DNA of 31,383 nucleotides from Candidatus Hermodarchaeota archaeon (GTDB lineage: Archaea; Asgardarchaeota; Lokiarchaeia; Sigyniarchaeales; SOKP01), in contig JBHLLG010000031.1 in NCBI GenBank assembly GCA_048885925.1, positions 1 to 31,383 of the forward strand, written 5' to 3'. Positions 28,517 through 31,383 of this stretch are shown here, piece by piece (the stretch's first letter is position 1; every line of letters starts with the position of its first letter). The translations under genes were made by a program, and so were the position numbers. The notes below the pieces were generated by a model. The model was not told the origin of the DNA, did not search any database, and saw only the letters and a program-made list of their open reading frames with translations.

Positions 28517-31383
28517 ATGGTTTTAAAGATAGATCCTCTTAATTATAATTGTCCTTTCTGTGGTAAAGAATTAGAATCACGATTTTCTAAATGTTTTAAT
28601 ATATATTGTCAAGGACAAAAGTTCAATGAAGGAAATATAGTAGTATTTAGGCTAAATCCCGATTTAGGGATAGGTAGAGTGATAAAAAAATTAGAAATAC
28701 CAACATCAAAATCTTTGGATGAAGAAGATACTCTAATTCTTACTAAATATAAAGTCCTTTTCAAAAATAATGTCATTAAAATAATCCATCCACTTGATCT
28801 AGTTCATTATGTTTATGAACTTAATGAGAAAGTTATAACTAAACATGGAATAGGGTATATAAACACAAAAGATTTTCTTATCAAAGATGGATTGATATCC
28901 TATGAATTTTTAATGGAGAATGGCAAAATATCTCAAATTTATGAGCATGAAATTTATTCTAAATATGAAACGCCAATAAAAACTTTAATTTCAGAACAAA
29001 ATTTTGACCCTCCAAAGAATTTTTTAATTAAATATTGGTCCAATTTATTTCATTCTTATTATAAATCATACCAAATCAAATGTATTGTCAATTCACGTTT
29101 AACATTAATGCCACATCAAATAAATGTGACTCATAGGTTAGCTGAAGAATATTTTCCAAGAATTATTTTAGCCGATGAAGTTGGGCTTGGTAAAACGATT
29201 GAAGCGGGAATTTATATTAAGGAGATGATTGCTAGGGATTTAGCAGAACGCATTTTAATTATTGTTCCTGCTTCTTTAGTAAAACAATGGCAGTTTGAAA
29301 TGGAAAATAAGTTTAATATAAATTTCACCATATATGATGGAAAGAAAGTAAAAGAATTAAAAAATAAAGGTAATTATAAGTATCCAGACGTACTTCATAA
29401 TCCGTTTTATTATGATAATTTAATTATTTGTTCACTTCAGTTTGCTCGAAATAAGAATTATACTAAATTATTATCAAGTATTTCATGGGATATTGTAGTG
29501 TTTGATGAGGCACACCATTTAAGACGATATCTGATTAATGCTATGACAGGAAACTACCGTGAGACACTTAATTTTGAATTAGCAAGAAATTTGAGTTTAA
29601 ATTCAGAAAGTATGTTATTATTAACCGCTACTCCATTACAACTTCACTCATTTGAATTGTTTTCTTTAATTGAACTTATCCATCCAGAAATTTTTGAAAA
29701 TTTTAGTGATTTTGAACATTTTAGAAAAAATATGCCATTTATCAATTTGCTAGTTACTAACTTGAATAATATTGATAAATTAAATAACTTTGAAGTCAAA
29801 AATACAATAAGGCTGCTTAAGGATTTAAATTATATAGACAGAAGTAAAAACGTAAACTTAATTCTTTCAGAACTAAAGAATAATTCTTTTAAATTGGAAT
29901 TGTTAAAAAAAATTGAAGAAGACCACACACTATCTAAATTTTTAATTAGAAATCGTAAAAAAAATGTATTTTCTGAAGAATTATTGAACAAAAGAATCGT
30001 AAATACGATAATGGTAAATCCTACTAAGGAAGAATTGAATATATATAATGAGATCCGAATTTACTTAGCAAAAATTTATAATTCTTCTTTAAACAAAGAA
30101 AATACGGGGATTGGATTTATAATTACCACTTTGCAAAAATTATTGACTAGCTCAAAACAAGCCTTTTTAAAGAGCCTTGAGAGGAGATTAGATCAACTAG
30201 GTAGATATAAAGATATTTTTCTAGATACTAATATTATAAAAGTAGGAGACCCTGAATTTTATGAAATAGAATTAGAAGACCAGATCCTTGATAATGAAAT
30301 TTTTGAGGCGGTAAATAACAATAAAATTGATGAAAAAAAAGAAGAAGCAAGTGATATCCTTAATCAAGAAAAGATTTTAAAAGAATATTATGATAAATTA
30401 AAAGCAATTCCTTACGATTCTAAATCAGCTAAATTAATTGAGTTGTTAGATGAAATTCATATACAAAACTCTAAAGAGAAATTAATAATTTTCACTCAAT
30501 TTGTTGATACTTTAAAATACTTAAAATCTCTTATAGAGAACCATAATCCTAATTATAATGTTGAATTATTTTATGGGGGTTTAGATAAGCAACAAAAGGA
30601 TGAATCAGTTGAAAGATTTAGATCTAGCAAGGAATTCTCAATCTTAATTTCGACTGAAATTGGTGGTGAAGGTAGAAATTTTCAATTCTGTCGTGTTCTA
30701 ATCAACTATGATTTACCATGGAATCCAATGAAACTCGAGCAAAGAATAGGTCGATTGGATAGAATTGGTCAAGAATCAAAAGAAATTTATATCTATAATA
30801 TTTTTATGGAGGGAACAGTTGAAACAGATATCATTCACGCTATAATAAAAAGAATAAATCTGTTCGAAGAGTCTATAGGGATTTTAGAACCCATTATTGG
30901 AAGAATTGAAAAAGATTTCAAAGGAGTGATTTTTGCTGAAGAAGATGGAAAAAAGAGAAAGGGATTAAATGAATTTTATCGCACACTTGATGAAGAAATA
31001 AAAAAAGCAAAAGAACTTGAGATGCAATTGGATGATCTCATGATTGATAAAAAGTCATTTCAGATGGAGGGATTAATCACATCTTTAGCATCATGCGTCG
31101 ATGTAAAACTGACACATAATGAATTATATTTGCTTTTGAAGTTATTCTTTGATAATTATAATCATTTATATGGGACATTAGAAGTTCTTCAAGACCCTAA
31201 AGAAAAAATCTCTGCAGATTTTCACTTTCCTTCTAAAATTATTTTAAAAGATATTCTATTAAAAAATTCAAAATATCAATTTCAAAAGGAGTATTTAGGG
31301 ACTTTTAACTTAGATCTTGCAAGAAAAAGAGAAGATATAGATTTCTTTGCATTAGGTCACCCATTAATTAACAATATTTTAGA
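28517..31383 (+). CDS. RapA/HepA-like SNF2 family helicase with N-terminal zinc ribbon (3' end outside window)
   Basis: Not in ORF track because it runs off the right edge. From ATG 28517: CPFC..C....C, LGIGRV, LMPHQ, LADEVGLGKTIEAG (29171), FDEAHH (29501), NYDLPWNPMKLEQRIGRLDRIGQ (~30704). All checked motifs are in the same frame. Confidence 0.9.
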   Translation, partial: MVLKIDPLNYNCPFCGKELESRFSKCFNIYCQGQKFNEGNIVVFRLNPDLGIGRVIKKLEIPTSKSLDEEDTLILTKYKVLFKNNVIKIIHPLDLVHYVYELNEKVITKHGIGYINTKDFLIKDGLISYEFLMENGKISQIYEHEIYSKYETPIKTLISEQNFDPPKNFLIKYWSNLFHSYYKSYQIKCIVNSRLTLMPHQINVTHRLAEEYFPRIILADEVGLGKTIEAGIYIKEMIARDLAERILIIVPASLVKQWQFEMENKFNINFTIYDGKKVKELKNKGNYKYPDVLHNPFYYDNLIICSLQFARNKNYTKLLSSISWDIVVFDEAHHLRRYLINAMTGNYRETLNFELARNLSLNSESMLLLTATPLQLHSFELFSLIELIHPEIFENFSDFEHFRKNMPFINLLVTNLNNIDKLNNFEVKNTIRLLKDLNYIDRSKNVNLILSELKNNSFKLELLKKIEEDHTLSKFLIRNRKKNVFSEELLNKRIVNTIMVNPTKEELNIYNEIRIYLAKIYNSSLNKENTGIGFIITTLQKLLTSSKQAFLKSLERRLDQLGRYKDIFLDTNIIKVGDPEFYEIELEDQILDNEIFEAVNNNKIDEKKEEASDILNQEKILKEYYDKLKAIPYDSKSAKLIELLDEIHIQNSKEKLIIFTQFVDTLKYLKSLIENHNPNYNVELFYGGLDKQQKDESVERFRSSKEFSILISTEIGGEGRNFQFCRVLINYDLPWNPMKLEQRIGRLDRIGQESKEIYIYNIFMEGTVETDIIHAIIKRINLFEESIGILEPIIGRIEKDFKGVIFAEEDGKKRKGLNEFYRTLDEEIKKAKELEMQLDDLMIDKKSFQMEGLITSLASCVDVKLTHNELYLLLKLFFDNYNHLYGTLEVLQDPKEKISADFHFPSKIILKDILLKNSKYQFQKEYLGTFNLDLARKREDIDFFALGHPLINNIL

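Noticed and set aside
1-31383. tRNA, rRNA, CRISPR arrays, transposases or integrases
   Set aside because: None recognised by eye; intergenic regions are short and AT-rich. A tRNAscan/Infernal run would be needed to exclude small RNAs.

Overview
AT-rich archaeal DNA, most consistent with an Asgard (Lokiarchaeia/Promethearchaeia-like) genome. This is inferred from a Loki-type profilin, GGTGA-type ribosome-binding sites, PAS histidine kinases and a eukaryote-like SECIS. The window holds, in order: a profilin with a C-terminal extension (cut by the left edge), a hypothetical gene, two convergent PAS histidine kinases enclosing ArsB/NhaD, MFS and receiver genes, an hdrA-mvhD(vhuD)-fdhB-like cluster, cupin/GNAT/TPR/GPH-MFS genes, an aldehyde:ferredoxin oxidoreductase plus ferredoxin operon, an HdrD-like protein with an inserted GltD/NfnB-like module, a QueG/RdhA-like Fe-S protein, a methyltransferase and a RapA-like SNF2 helicase (cut by the right edge). 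Two recoding signals that the ORF track misses stand out. (1) The ferredoxin gene next to AOR is split by a 32-nt insert (18957-18988) that forms a canonical bulge-helix-bulge motif. Cutting at the standard endonuclease positions restores the frame and a CxxCxxCxxxC motif exactly, so this is a candidate tRNA-type intron in an mRNA. (2) hdrA and mvhD each carry two in-frame UGA codons at conserved Cys positions, followed by one AUGA/GA-core SECIS hairpin. All calls come from manual reading; no database searches or folding programs were run.
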